NCBI RefSeq assembly: GCF_008831285.2
Contig: NC_045138.2
Span: 8,742,001 to 8,806,000, forward strand
From: Nymphaea colorata
Taxonomy: Eukaryota
Reading direction: 5' to 3'
DNA: 64,000 nt
The notes beneath the pieces were generated by a model. That model worked only from the letters and a program-made list of their open reading frames with translations. It had not been told where the DNA came from and made no database searches. Of the stretch, positions 49,601 through 63,800 are shown one piece after another. A program made the translations under genes and the position numbers. How positions within the stretch are numbered: position 1 is the first letter of the stretch; each line of letters opens with the position of its first letter.

Positions 49601-49849
49601 CCACACAATGACGGTCAAACTCAACCAATAAAACATCTACAAAGCCCACACTCAACAAAGTTCTTAGATTGCCAATGTCGGCCCACCATGATGTCAGTCT
49701 GTAGCCCACGATCTATCATGAACTACTTGTACCGAGAAAATGAATTATTTGTTTTCTCTAGGTGTGGCAACCAAACTCATGGCAAACATCCATAATGCAC
49801 CTTAGAGTTACAACTTATCATCATAAATGAATATACATGACCTCCATGC

Positions 49850-50057
49850 ATTGCAAAGTTGCACGATGGTCCATTGACAATGAACATGGTCATCATAGTG
49901 AGGAATGAATAGAAAACCATGTGGGCACAGATAACAGGTAAAAGAAAATATGTATTGCAAAGTTGCATGATAGTCCATTGACAATGAACATGGTCATCAT
50001 AGTGAGCAATGAATAGAAAACTATGTGGGCACAGATAATAGGTAAAATAAAATATGT
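49850..50057. repeat. Two-copy 104 bp tandem duplication inside the old LTR
   Basis: ATTGCAAAGTTGCA...AAAATATGT at 49850 and 49954 with few mismatches. Confidence 0.93.
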
Positions 50058-51386
50058 CTTCATCAGATGATCCATAAAGGTCAATGGTAACTTATAATAA
50101 AACCTCCTAAGATATCTCTGATGGCCATTGTAGTAGAAAGGTCACACCACTGGCATCGCCCAAAGTGGTAAACTGGCCTCTCCAAACAAAAATATAATAG
50201 AACCTTGGGCCTTTGTGTCACTCAATACCTTATGGGCAGTCCAGTGCAGACAGAGGAGTGTACGACCACAATGATCTTGTGCTATGCTACTATCTCCTAG
50301 GACAAACCAATAAAGGGACCATCTCACAACTTTTTATGTCATTGTTGAGATATTTTTCGTTGTTTTCATATTATACATCAGCTTTTAGGATTATCCATTA
50401 CTTGTTAACCTCTGATAACCTTCATAGACAAATACATTGGTCATGTCACCCAAGACTATTCTTGTTTGACTAGCCGTACATCTATAAGGGCACCAGGGTT
50501 AGATGTTGTAGAAGTTCATCTATTAAGTAATGGCTTTAGTAAAATATTTACACAACTTTCTTTATTGTTTGATTATTGTGCAAGTATTTATATACACACA
50601 CCATCATAATAGGATATATACTGTCCATCATTCTACTATTATATAATTCTATATTTGAAAACGTAATCATACCCATACTCTCATTTATGTACACATTTAA
50701 ACTAGATTTCATTACCAATCTAACAATTTTTTTATCTAGATATTCTAATTTAAAATGAAGAATGTGGTTGTGTAAGTAGTCATCTGTATATGGAACAATC
50801 GAGTCACCTGTATAAGTAGTCATCTACTAACCACTCTTACCTAACAGGTTTGAATAGAGGAAACATAAATCTTATGATCTTTATTTCATCACTTGAATAG
50901 ATTCATGACTTAATTTCCTCACTCCAACCATAGCCTGCCACTTAATACCAATTCCTTACATTATTGACTACAAGCTTTATAAATGATAGTATTTGAATGC
51001 AGTACAAAGGCCTTATCCTAACAACCCTATTGTGTTGTTCTAAGATCTTGAGAACGTTAAGGTTTTCTTCCATATGGAAAGCAAAACTTGAAGCAAATCC
51101 CTAGGAGAGTAGGAAGATAGTAAATGTAGCAAATAGAGACATTCATGGGAATTAGTAAATAACCAACATACATATAAATCATATTATAAGAAAAGCCATA
51201 CATAGTTGCTATAGAAACTCTGCAGAAAGTTGTAAGGCAAGCTCATCAATCATACTTGAAAATAGTCTGGACAACCCAAGTGTAATCAATCAAACCATGA
51301 AAAGACAACCTTCGCACAAGAGGTCACAAAATAATAGCAAACCAGATATGCACGTCCATCCATTCCACTCAAACTCCCAAATATTG

Positions 51387-51519
<133 letters not shown>

Positions 51520-51559
51520 GAATGGCCACCAGCAGAACATCCCTCCCTTGCTTGATTAT

Positions 51560-52320
51560 GCAGCAGCTCCGCAAGTGAAACGTCTATAAATGGAATACCA
51601 TTATCAGGGCCTTCTCCCAAAGCCCATCCCCCGAGGGGCGGAGGGAGGGGGAGGGCCACCTAGGCCATGACCCCACCCTAGCCAATTGAAAAAAAAAATT
51701 TACATTGAAAAAATAAAAAAAAATTAGTTGCACCATGTATTGTTTGGATTCAAATTCAGTTTGCCCTAGCCAGATCCAGAGGTTGGACTATTCGGCCCAC
51801 CCCTAAAGAGAATCCTGGCTCTACCCCTGCAACCCCCCACCTTTGGAACCAGTCTTTAATTGCAACCTAATGGTGGCGTCCTCTTTCTCGCCCAAAAGGA
51901 ACACCTTCTCGTTCGTGCTCAAGGCCTGCACTAAAGCTCGCCTAATGCAGAAGTGCAAGGACGTCCATGCATCTATTATGAAACGTGGCTTCCCTGCGGA
52001 CGTCATCATGCCAACGTATATGCTCCTTGCTTACGCAGGAAATTCTTTAATGCAGAGTTTCCACCAACTGTTCGATGAAATGCCTACACATGGAGTACCT
52101 TGATTGTTGTTTTCGGTACCCATGGCTGTGGTGACAAGGCAATTGCAGTTTTTCAGCATATGTGTGCTACTGGATTTAGGGGTAATTCCATTACCTTCGT
52201 TGGGGCATTGTGTGGATGCAACCACCAAGGTCTAACTAAGGAAGGGGAGTACTTCATGAGAATGAGCAGTGAATTTTGGGTTGCAGACTAATGCATTATG
52301 GGTGTATGATGGATCTTTGT
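51560..52320 (+). pseudogene. PLS-class pentatricopeptide repeat (PPR) pseudogene fragment
   Basis: [82 protein letters not shown]; stops, frameshifts and a MITE insertion. Confidence 0.87.
51633..51829. mobile_element. hAT-type MITE inside the PPR remnant
   Basis: Ends GAGGGGCGGAG / CTCTACCCCTG; 8-bp TSD CATCCCCC/CAACCCCC. Confidence 0.8.
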
Positions 52321-52697
52321 GTCTGTGCATGAATATATTGCTGGAATTATAAGATTTGAAGTATGATTATATTGCTTGAAGAAGGATTATTTTGTTTGAA
52401 AACAGGATTACATCCTGTTAATGTGTGCTCTTGGTTGTCGACTTTTCAAAGTTGTTGTATGTTGTTGTAGAGGAGAAATGAATTTAAGATTTGAAAATGT
52501 TGCATAATACCAATGTTCCAAAATTTTTCCCATGATGCAAACAAACACTGAGTGGAAATTCAGCAGATTATAATCCAAGTTCAACAAACATGCCTACATT
52601 TTGTAACAGGGATGCAAATCCCCATTCTACTGATTCCAGGATTCAAATCTTGGGATTTTCATCTAGGATTTCAATCCTGATATTGCCAAACGCTACC

Positions 52698-53096
52698 TTA
52701 GTGATCTCAGATTACTGCAAATCTCAGATCGGTCGTGAAACAAACAAAAGTTAATAGAGAAAATTAATTGTACCATTCCATGTGAACATTTGGGTATGGA
52801 AAACAAATGTAGGTACAACAGCTTTAAGCCATTATTAAGCCTGCCAAATCTCTTGTGCATGCAACGAGAATGATTGTACGCAAAGATCAAACTAATAAGA
52901 AAGAATATGTATGTTCAATATGAGTGACTGCTATGCAAGAACCAAACTTGGTGGAACGAAGCTTTTCTAACACTGTGCGCATGTCAGTATTCAGTTCCGT
53001 TTGAAGCATTGTTACTTGAATAGGCTCGAATCAGCCAGTTCCAGGTGATCATTTTAATGACACTGATCTAATGAAATGCCACGCTGATCAATGGGC
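52698..53096. repeat. Copy 1 of an unidentified ~400 bp dispersed direct repeat
   Basis: Collinear with 57416..57806 (shared ACAGCTTTAAGCCATTATTAA, GAAGCTTTTCTAACACT). Confidence 0.88.
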
Positions 53097-53890
53097 CGGA
53101 TTCAAAAGTTTGGGTATTATACAGTATCCAATTTGTGGATCTCATGAACTTGAAAATAAATTCAATTTTAAAAAAAAAAAATTCTTTCAAGGTGATCTCA
53201 GAGCTGTTTGCAAATAAGAAGAGTCTGTCACTGTTTCATGAATAAGCTTAAAAAATTGGGTAATAAGTGTTTCATGAATCTGCCCTAATCTTTGGGGCAT
53301 GTTCATGAAACAGTTACAAACTGTTCCCTTTAACAAAACAAGCTAATAACTATATAATTAATTTCTTGGTTCATTGTGTTGTTATTAATACCTGCTTGAA
53401 TCCTTCTGAATAGGCTGATTCAAATCGATTTGGCTTCTTTCGGTTCTATTCAGCAGACGATTGGAGGCCATAAAAAGGAGAAGGTTCAGGATGTTTTTTA
53501 TCTTTGCTTCATTTTCACTTTTTCTTTTCATAAGGATCTTTGTTTTTCACGTTAGTTTAACTTCTTAAACCACCATTTTTTAACAGAGGTAAAGCTTTTT
53601 TGTTTTTTCGCTTTGCTAGACCATGATATCTTTGAAGAATGTGAAACTGAAATGGGCTTTTGTGGATGACTTTAAAACAACTGTCTTTCCTTGTCACTCT
53701 ATGCTTTATCTTATTTTTACCTTTCATTTAAACCTCTAATTTTTATCTAATTTTTTAAATTAAAAAAAACATATTTGTCATCAAATCCTATTCACAAACC
53801 ATTCAAATTCCTATTCGATTCACCAATTTAGTTGAATCAATATGCTTCCCAATTTGATTCATATACCAATTTTGATATCATTCACTTCCA

Positions 53891-54277
53891 TAAGGCTAGT
53901 CATCCAGCCAGTCCAGCCTGCCCCAGGCTGATAAGAAGTTGGTTTTGGCTTATCGGCCTCTGCCGAACCACAGCCTGGGCCTGGACCAACAGCTTGCAAC
54001 TTTGGCCCTGCCCTGTCTGTCAGCCTGCAACTCTAGCGTGATTCAGGCCTGGCCCAGCTCCATTATGATAAAACATATATGAAAATATAATATAATATAT
54101 AAAAATAATATAATATATAAATATGATTATTTATAACACTATATATTTTCAAATAAAACAATACTATAAACAGGCTGACTTGGACTGGTCCAACCCGTAA
54201 CTTGTTAGCTTGCCACAATGCCCAAATTTAGGGCCAGGCCCGAGTCAGGCCAAGTACCAGCCCAATATGCATCCTTA
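53891..54277. mobile_element. hAT-like MITE with GGCC/GCCTG subterminal repeats and AT-rich core
   Basis: TAAGG...CCTTA ends with GC-rich flanks; TSD not recognisable. Confidence 0.5.
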
Positions 54278-56029
54278 CATGAAACTAGGTAAAGTGAGAA
54301 TTAAGAGACTTGACATATGAAAGCAAATAGTACTTCAGACTTAAACATTCACCTGGATGAATGGAAAGGTAAAGACTTGAGAAGGTTTCTCCATGTGTTA
54401 AATCTACTAATAGAGAGGGGTGATGGCTGGTGACCCAAGACTCTCCTCCTCGCTTTCAGACTTCATGGTTACTTTAGGACCCATACACACCTCATCAACT
54501 AGAGCATCACACTCTTTATTATTTAAAAGAATAGCACCTATAAGAATCGAATGGATGAATGAGCTTTTCCCAGCCCAACTTTGTTAAATCTATCAATAGA
54601 TGAGTAATTGTTTGGTCGAATCTAATATGTTTACATCCCTGAGTGGGATTTAAATCCTTTTGTTGTAAATTTTTTTTGGCAATAAATGGTCGTGGGCTAA
54701 CCCGCAGCAGGTGATTTGTAGAAAATCAATGTTGGAAACTTGAATCGTAGAGAGCAAGCTAATGTAGTGTACCGCCCAACTCGAACCAAACATTGAGACC
54801 AACCGGCGGTCACGGCCCGGTTCGACTTCAGCGTGTTCGAATTAAAAGCAAAAGCCAGTCAGAGGTTGACGATGGGCTAATGGGTTAAAGATGTCCCTTG
54901 GCCCAGAATTCCTCGAATAAGCCTGACGAATATTGATTAGACTGAATCTATTTAAATTTTGGAAAGAAATGATATAATGATAGTAATGTATTGAAATGAT
55001 ATGGTAACTAAGCCAACTTAAATGATCAATCTTGCTGGCACTGCCGCATCACTAGTGTTTGTTTATCTGTGTGAACGATGCACACGGATATAGAACATGA
55101 GAGGATTTTTTAAAAGTAGGCTGAGATATACACATATGAGAAAGGGAGAGAGAAAGAAATGCAAAATATGGGTTCAACATGGTTGTTCTAATATAGTGGT
55201 TCAAACAGACGCCAAACAAATGCTTTAAGTCAGTGGTAGAATCAGGATTTTTAGCTGACGGCCACTCGAAACACTAACTCAAGCTTGGTGTGGGCATAAT
55301 ATGTAGTTTTTTTAATTATCGAACTTGGCATCGCATAGCTTGACTCGCGCCAGTAGATAGTATATTATAAGTACTTCAAAATATTCATGACTCTTGCATA
55401 AAGAAAAATAGTGCATAAATAATACAAAGAATGCTTTCAAATGGCAGAGATCATGTCAGTAAATGAGATATGAGGGCAGACAGCTGAACCAACTGTTTCC
55501 ATGAGATGAATGTGGCAAAAAAAGGAGATCCAAAAAGGTAATAAGATCAGATTCGGTATTGAAAATGTTGGTTAATTAGGTTTTGGATTTGGATTTAGAT
55601 TTTTAACTGGTTTTCCATGAACATCCATCGGATATTAATGGGGTCCATTAGAATATGACCAGACTTAATTGCTCGAGAATTATCAAATCCATATAAAGTT
55701 TTCGTTTTCGAATTCAGATCTTGGCACCATTATCTAGTGCCGTTGGCTTTAATTTGAATTTGAATACGAACTCAAATATATCAAAGCCGTCATTCTTGGT
55801 GTTGGCTGGCTCCAAAATTGAAGGGCAAATGCTTCTAAGGGCAACCAGTGCTGTAAAAAAAGGTTCTACTTGTTCGATGGCTCCGAAAATCTTTGGATGG
55901 AGAGAGGTGTAGAGGTTGGTTAGAAGATTGGTTTTGTCTGATACAAAGGCTATTCTCCTGTGTCGTTGTTATCAGCCTATTCGGATCAATGGGTGGCAAA
56001 CTGATCCAAGTTGGTGGCAGAATGAAGAT

Positions 56030-56363
56030 TAGGAATATACAATGAGTAAGGTAAGCACGAGCTGGGCCAGCTCAAGTCCAGTTCGAGTCATATATTGCTT
56101 CATTCGAGCTCCGGTCGAGCTTTATGAGGACATCTCAAGCTCAACTCGGTAAACTGAGGCCGAGCTCAAGCTCCACTCATTTAAGTTTGTGTCACTTGAT
56201 TCATATATTTTTTTCTTTCAATAAACCCACAAAAAATGTGTTCACATTCATAAAATTACTTTCATGCCCCTCAAGGAAGACATGAGTCAAGTTTAAGCAA
56301 TTCAAGCTTACATGAGAAAGTTTAAGTCAAGCCCGAGTTGGCTCGACTCATTGAACAACCCTA
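56030..56363. mobile_element. hAT-type MITE with GAGCTC/CTCAAG subterminal repeats
   Basis: Ends TAGGAATATACAATGAGT / ACTCATTGAACAACCCTA; flanks ATGAAGAT/GTCAAGAT (6 of 8 match). Confidence 0.68.
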
Positions 56364-56571
56364 GTCAAGATTGCCTCACATTGGTTTCCATTTTTCAAAT
56401 AATGCAAAATTTTATCTTTTTTTATTCAATTTTTTATATTTTTCTTTTTTTTTAAGTTTGAATTGTTAAACAATTCACAACCGATTCATTCGAATAAGTG
56501 AATCAACTGATTTTCTGAATAGCGGTTGATAAATCAAACCTGAACAAACCTCCCCCAGTAGAGCTCTAACC

Positions 56572-56625
<54 letters not shown>
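56572..56625. repeat. (TA)n(TG)n microsatellite
   Basis: Read directly. Confidence 0.95.
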
Positions 56626-56627
<2 letters not shown>

Positions 56628-57415
56628 CCCAACTTCATCACACTACACTTGGTCAATTTGATGAAACAAGATACATGTAAATTTCCAGGATTGAGGGTCA
56701 CCGTATTTTGCTAAAATTTAGACAACCTCTTTATAAAAAAATTAAAAGTTTATAACTCAAAGATAGAAGCACCGAAAGTTAGAGTTATCACGTTCTTTTG
56801 GCTAAAACTTTTACATGCAGCTGAGATTTTATTTTAGCACTTTTTCTCTTTTGAGTTATGTGATGACTGATGAGGCCTTAGTTTAGCAAAAATTAGCTTT
56901 TTAATCAGAGAAGTTCCCCACAAAGGGCATTGCATAGCTGATCGTGCTGGTGATACATTGATCATGCATCACTGATTCATTTCGGTGGCTGCTATACTCT
57001 TAGGCCTTATGTGGTGGTTAACACCGCACCAGGTTATGATGCATCCCAAGCTCGATACAGATTTTGAATAGAGGAGTTCCCTCACAGGGCATTAATAACA
57101 TATCTGATCCCGCTGGTGGTGCTGCATAGTGCATCACCGGTTCATTCTTGTTGTTGCTATACTCTTGGGCCTTATATGATGGGCAACATGGCACTAATGT
57201 ACAATGCATTTGTAGTCTTATTTAGATAGTGTTTGATAGGCTTGTATCTTCAATCCGAAGCTGCATTAAAAGTTGTGCATCATAGATCATCAGTTTAAAC
57301 AATATGAATATCTTAGTGGTGTGGATCTTAAATTCACATTAAATGTAAAAGACTGTGAATTTAAAGTCGGATGAAGGGAACGTGTCCAACCATAGATTGA
57401 TGGATTTGAGGTCCT

Positions 57416-57806
57416 GGTGATCTCAGATCACTACCGATACTGGTGAAACAGATACATGATTGTCAAGAAATTAATAGAAAAAAGGACCATTACATGTGGA
57501 CATTAGGCTATGCAAAAGAACTGTAGGTACGACAGCTTTAAGCCATTATTAATCCAGCCAAATCTCCTCTGCATGCATCGAGAATGACTCCACGCAAAGA
57601 TCTAATTATTAATAAATTATATGTGGGTTCAATATAAGTGCCTACCAAGCGAGAACCGAACTTGGTGCAATGAAGCTTTTCTAACACTTATGCATGTTAG
57701 TATTTAGTTTCACTTAAAGCATTGTCATTTGAATACACCCAAATCAGCCGGTTCTGGGAGTGATGATTGTAATGACACTAAGGAATGTCACACTGAGAAA
57801 TGGCCG
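57416..57806. repeat. Copy 2 of the unidentified ~400 bp dispersed direct repeat
   Basis: Collinear with 52698..53096. Confidence 0.88.
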
Positions 57807-57830
57807 AAGCTGGTTATATATGTCGTCCCT

Positions 57831-60800
57831 TGTTCGCACCCCACCCCTTCCTTGAAGGATGTCGAAATGAGAATCAGCAAAATTCTTTCAAAATTTGGGT
57901 TTCGAGAAAAATTTTTCGGTATGAGGTTCAACCATTCCTGCGGCCTTTAACAGGGGTAATTAGACAAAGGACTAAGAATCATTTGGATCATGTATGAGTT
58001 ATTGATGCAAATCTTATATGTTTATGCATTGAGGTTTTGGATTAAAAAACCAAAGTGATTTGAACTTGTTTTGAAAATGAATTCCTTTGATTTGAAGATT
58101 GGAGGGTTTTCAGATTGATTTAAAAACCTTTGTTTTGGTGCCATTTGATTTGAAATCCACAATTCTTGGAGATTTTGAAGATTTGAAATTGAGTTCTTTG
58201 TTGCGAACTCAAGATGATACATCAGTTGAAATGATGATCATCTTATGATCAAAATTGATTTTGAATTCTTCTTTTGTCAAATCATATGATTTGGTCTAAG
58301 ATATTTATAAACTTATGATTTGATTAGGTAGAGCTCATTCTTTTGATGAAACATAGGTTCTAAATTGTTAAAAACATTTTTGACCACGATTATGAAATGC
58401 AGTGGTTATGTTTTCTTTGGAAGTTAAGTGAAGTTTACAAATTCTTGTTGCCACATGACTTGGTCACTTTTTGCAACTCAAATTTGAACCACTTAATTTA
58501 TTGAGAATGTGCATGTGGTGCTATTGGCTTTGGATGAAAGTGAATGCATGATATAAGAAGAAAAACTACATGAGACATTTGTCCTTCTCTCTCTCATAAT
58601 CTCTCAATATTTATTCACATGAAACATTCATTCTTCACTATCACATAATCTCTCAAAGTTTGTTCATTGTAATTACATGTCATACAATCTACACATAGAG
58701 ACTGATTTTAATTAAAATGTAAGACTTTCTCTAAATGTGCTTATTATATTATTAAGCACATGAATTAGAGATGTAGTCTACAAGCTTGAAACTTAACATA
58801 AAATTATCAAAATGATGAAAAATATACAAATGATGCCAAAATCAATTTTTGAAATAGATGGGAGACGTGGATGACATCCACTTTTGTCTCAAAATAGCTA
58901 AAAAATCAGATCTTATGTTGATTTAGATAGCTGAAAATTGTGGACATTGATTCCAATAAAGAGCTTGTTTCTTAGCTAGAAACGATAAGTCTTTCAAACC
59001 TATTCAAATTTCAGATTTCATACCAATGGAATCGTCAACTGCTTTGGACAATTTTATGATAGTTGGTCTCCTTTTTGAGGAAATGAAATGAAAATTTTCA
59101 GCATTTCATGAAATGGATTAGTCTCATGCAAATATGAAAACTCATGAATGAGAACAACAATCCATAAAAAGTATTTTAAGATGCCAATTGGATAGGGTTG
59201 GATTTTTTTGTTGTTCCTCAAAGTCTTGCCACTTCATGGCTGAAATTGGCATTTCAAATGTGTAAATTTTGACATTATTAAGCTAATTCCTATAAAGCAT
59301 GGTTTGATTTCAGCAACTTTCATGTACTTTGCATATGGATTGCTGAAAATAGAAGAAAATTTAAGATGAAAAGAAATTATTTCATTGTTTTGTTCTATGA
59401 AAATCAACAAAAATGATCCCCTTTTTTCAAAAAAACCAGTTTGGAAACATGTTCCAACCTGATTTTAAAACAGGAAAATGATTTTTTGGCAAGAGATTGC
59501 ATGTGTATAACATTGCGTGTATATATATATATATATATATGTATTCTACTCTTCAAAATGAAATTTAATCAAGAAACCACATAATTCATGAATAATGATG
59601 ATTCATGGCTGGGTTCTTTTACGTAAGAAGATTGAAAACTTGTTTCTAATCTCCCATCCACCCTTGATCAATTGAAAAAACATGAAATAAAATGACTTTA
59701 AATAGAAAAGATGAACGAATGCTCAAACAAGTCCATCCTTAGTTTCGCAATGCAAAGGTGAATCACATTCATGAGAATGCATCCATCCTTAATAGGCTTT
59801 CTCGTCATATATGTTGCAACAAAAACACTCTCTCACCGTGGGATTCTCTCATGGCAGGGAGTTCAAAATAGTTTTAAGCTGGTTGTTTTGAAAGGAACGT
59901 GGCCTTGGGGCTCTTTTCAAAATTTGATTCATGGGTTCATCTTTTAAAAAAACCGACACATGCATGCATTATGCATTAACATGTACATTTAATGATAGTT
60001 TTCTCATAGCTGGATATCATTCCCAGCTACAAAATAAATGAAAATAAACCTCTCCCATGAATTGCTAAAATTAAAATCAACCAACAAGAAGCTAAAGTAT
60101 AGGAGAAATGAGTTAAAATCACCTACCTTGCCGATCTTGATGTTTGATCTTCTTCTTTACTTGTTTTCTAAATCAAACAATCTTAAGCAAGAATAAGAGC
60201 TTGGATTTGAGCTTAGTAAAGCAAGAAGAAGTAGAATGACTTGCTGGAATTTGCAGTGGGGATGAGAGAGCTTCTCTCCACGAAAATTCTAAGGGTTCAC
60301 TTAAGCACCATAACTTAGCAAACTCGCTAGAGAGAATAGGGGAAATGAAGAAGAGAATGAGAGAGAAGGGGGAAGAGGGAAGAGGGCTTGGGCAAATTTT
60401 CTTTCTCCTCCTTGGCATCTCCCTCCTAACTCCTTTGCTGCAGTAACTTGATGAAAACTTTAAAAATTTATCGCCCCCCCCCCCACCCTTTCATTGCCAA
60501 GGGAGGATTTATATAGAATAGAAGAAGGGTTTAACCACCTTCCTAACCAACCTTGGAAACTCACTTAAGAATTTGGAGACTTGTAAAATGAGTTAAATAG
60601 AGTTTAATAGCTTCAATTAATCACTCTTAGCCCATTTACACGAGCTAGGTGGATTGGGCTAGGCATGGTCAACCTTGGTTCAAACCTAGCTGAACAACCT
60701 TGACCAAAATTTTGGATGAAAATGCCCTTGTGTCGGCTATTGCCTCATTTTACTCTTTATTTTTTTCTTGGTTTGAATTGAGCTTGTTAGGTTAAAACCT

Positions 60801-63800
60801 AGTTGTTAAGCTCTAAATGTTATTGAATTATGACAATTCAATAAAAATTTGAATAAAATTTGAAAATTCCATCAAACTTGGTACAAAAAGGGTATTTTCG
60901 TCCATAACTTGATTGAAGATGGATTTCAACTAAACCGAACTTTGGTTTGAAATATTAAATTTTAATTTGGTAATTGATTTATGCATTTGACAAATCCAAA
61001 TGTATATATTTGCCTTTCATAAAATCCTAATTTAGGTTCTGTAATCTCAATTTGCTCATAAAAGGGCAAAATTGTTCAGATTGATCAATTTCGACCAATT
61101 GACCAAAGTCAAAGCTCATTTGCAAGTAGTTTGACTTTGTTTGAAGTAATTTGATGAATTTGAGCTAAGAAAGCTCTAAATTGGGCTAAATTGTACTTTG
61201 ACTAAGTTTAGTCAAAAATTCGATTCAATCAAAGTCTATTTTCGTCCACTAAGAAAGCTCTACTCATGTTGACCAAGCCTAGCTGAAATGGGCACCACAT
61301 TTAGGTGCGCCCAGATCAAACCTACTTGGATTAAGTAGGCTAGGTGAGTTTAATTCTAACACCTATTGCTTCTTTGGAATTTGATTTTTTTTTTAACTAA
61401 GGGGGAGAGAGGGAGATTAATGTCTCTCTTTTCCTATGAACCCTAATTCATTTCCTTTTGAAAATTATTTTTTTATTTAATTGAGGGAAGATATTTTCGA
61501 AAAAGAGGGGGTGTGTGACCTATTGTGTGGGCCCACATGTGGGTTCCTCATAACATTCTAGACCAAATTTGAACCAATTCTCATATTTAAATCAAAATTT
61601 GAATTTTGTAATTGGAACTGGATTCCGAATGACATTTGTAATTGGATTTGGATTGCAAATCATAATTTGGATTGGGTTTGGATTCTAAATCATAATTTGG
61701 ATCTAGTTTGGACTTGTAATCTACATTGAGATTCGTGTCATGAATCAAATTCATAATTTGAATCTAAATTGTGTTTAGATTCAAAATTGACTTTGAAATT
61801 GCAATTTTTCACAATTCTTTTGCAAAATTTTGACATTGCTTCAATTTTGGTGTGAAAAAATTTGGGATGTTAATAGATGCCGCTCTTTGCTATTAAGAAA
61901 GTTGAAGACTTTGCTTAATAACAAAGATTTGCACACCAAATTTTTGCAAATTGTTTGAAAAATCTATTTTTCAAATAGTGATGAGCCGTCCTCACTTGAG
62001 AGGAAATGCTATGCATAGACCTGAAATAATAAGATTTTCCTCTATCTCATAGGCGACTATGTAGAGAAATTAATGTTGATTGAAAAATTTTACAATTTTG
62101 GAAGTTTTTGCATTTGATGATTCGAGAACTTAGCCCTTGACGCCATTTTAACCATTGGTAAGTGTTTTTTTCTCTCTTTTTATTTTATTTTATTTTGCTT
62201 AGCTTTCCACCTTTTGGTTTTAGCTTTTGAATTTTGATTTTCTTTTTGAGCTAGCCTTCACTCTTGGGGGAATTCCTCACCACCCCAAAAGCTACTACGG
62301 AGTTCCACCATTTTGGTGGTTTTGTATAATTTGCATTGAGCAATATCAAGTCTATCAGAGTTTCTTTTGAACTCTTATAGTAAGCATTGAGCCGGTAACT
62401 CCCAGACCAGTTGGCCTTAGGGTACCAAGTGTAAAACACTCCTCGGACTTACTTACTCGAATTCAGAAGACTTTAAGAGACTTAATATAAGCAAAATGTT
62501 CATGGATTGCTTTTAGCTTCACGGTGTAAGCATAGGTCGTATGCCCAACCGCGCCTGCAGTGCTTTGAACCAGAGGAACAACTACACTCACCTCGAGCTC
62601 ATCGCTCAACTTATTTTGCATCTTGCCAAGATCTTTTAGGTCACAAGGGTTTTTTCTTATGGCGTCTCATCCTTTACAAGTGCCCAATTGTCAGGACCAA
62701 CATTAATTTCTATACATTAATCTCTCAATTTTATTGAAATTTCTTGCATAGTTCAAGCCAATGCCCTTGCAATTGTCCTCAAGACTTGGGCTAAGTTTGA
62801 AAATTTTAGAAATTTTGATGCATTTTTGAAACTTTCTTTAAGGGATGCTATGCCCCTTGATTTGAAAATTGATAAGAATGTGCTTATCAAAACACAATTG
62901 TTTTGAAAATTTTTGAAATTTTTGAATTGTAAATTCAAGTATAGAATTTCTTGAAATGCAAAGCATTAATTGGATCAAGGATTTCGACCCCATCTGCGTC
63001 AATCAACTGATAAGAATTGCAAGGTAAAACTTCTTTGATGACATATGGTCCTTTCCAATTTGGTGCCTATTTTCCTTTAGGTTTACTCTTGAGTGGAACT
63101 ACAGATCATAGTACCATTTAACTAGAATTTTTTTTCAATGACCGATTTGACATAATATCAGGTGACTCTCTTGCAATAGACTTCAGCATGCTCTGCCGCT
63201 TATAGCATTTTCTCATCTAAGAGGTCTAAGCAAGCCTCTTTTATACTTGCTAATTGGGAGTTTAATTAGTGCAGCAAATTTTATCGTTGGTTTTTGGACA
63301 TGTAATGGAATGACAATTTTCTTTCCATATACTAACTCTGCTGGTGTAGCATTGGTGGGCGTTCGAATTGTGGTTCGATACGCCCAAAGTGCATTATGTA
63401 TTTTCTCGTGTCAATCTCGGTCTGTTTCAACAGTCCTTTCTAATATACGAATCAAAATCTTGTTGGTTGTTTTTGCCTAACCATTACCATGAGGGTAATA
63501 TGGGAAAGAAAAGAGATGTTGTATTTTGTATTTGTGACAGAGATTGTGCACTTTTTCATTTTTAAAATGAGTACCATTGTCAGAAACGATATCGTGTAGG
63601 ATGCCAAATCTACACCAAAGGTTTTTGTGAATGAAGGATACTACATGTCGTCCTTCGACTGTTTTTAAGGTGATTGATTCGACTCATTTGGTGAAATAAT
63701 ATGGAGCTGCAAGAAAATACCTGTGCCCATTTGAGGTAGGTGGATTGATTGGACCGACCACGTCGAAGGCCCACATAGAGAACGGCTAGGGTGAGTTGAC

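Larger units (their letters stand above)
41990..51285 (-). mobile_element. Old, heavily decayed Tekay-like gypsy retrotransposon (split by the hAT element)
   Basis: PBS (reverse complement TGGTATCAAAGC) 49430..49441; LTR end TGTCACTACCC at 49446; gag remnant ~48450-48990; [12 protein letters not shown] and NNKYPLPR 47235-47715; RNase H YASRQLKPHEKNYP at ~42440-42490; KANIVVDGLS at ~42225. Outer limits approximate. Confidence 0.78.

Noticed and set aside
57759..57797. C/D box snoRNA (GTGATGA...CTGA)
   Set aside because: Under 40 nt between the boxes, and the C box is not kept in the duplicate copy at ~53045
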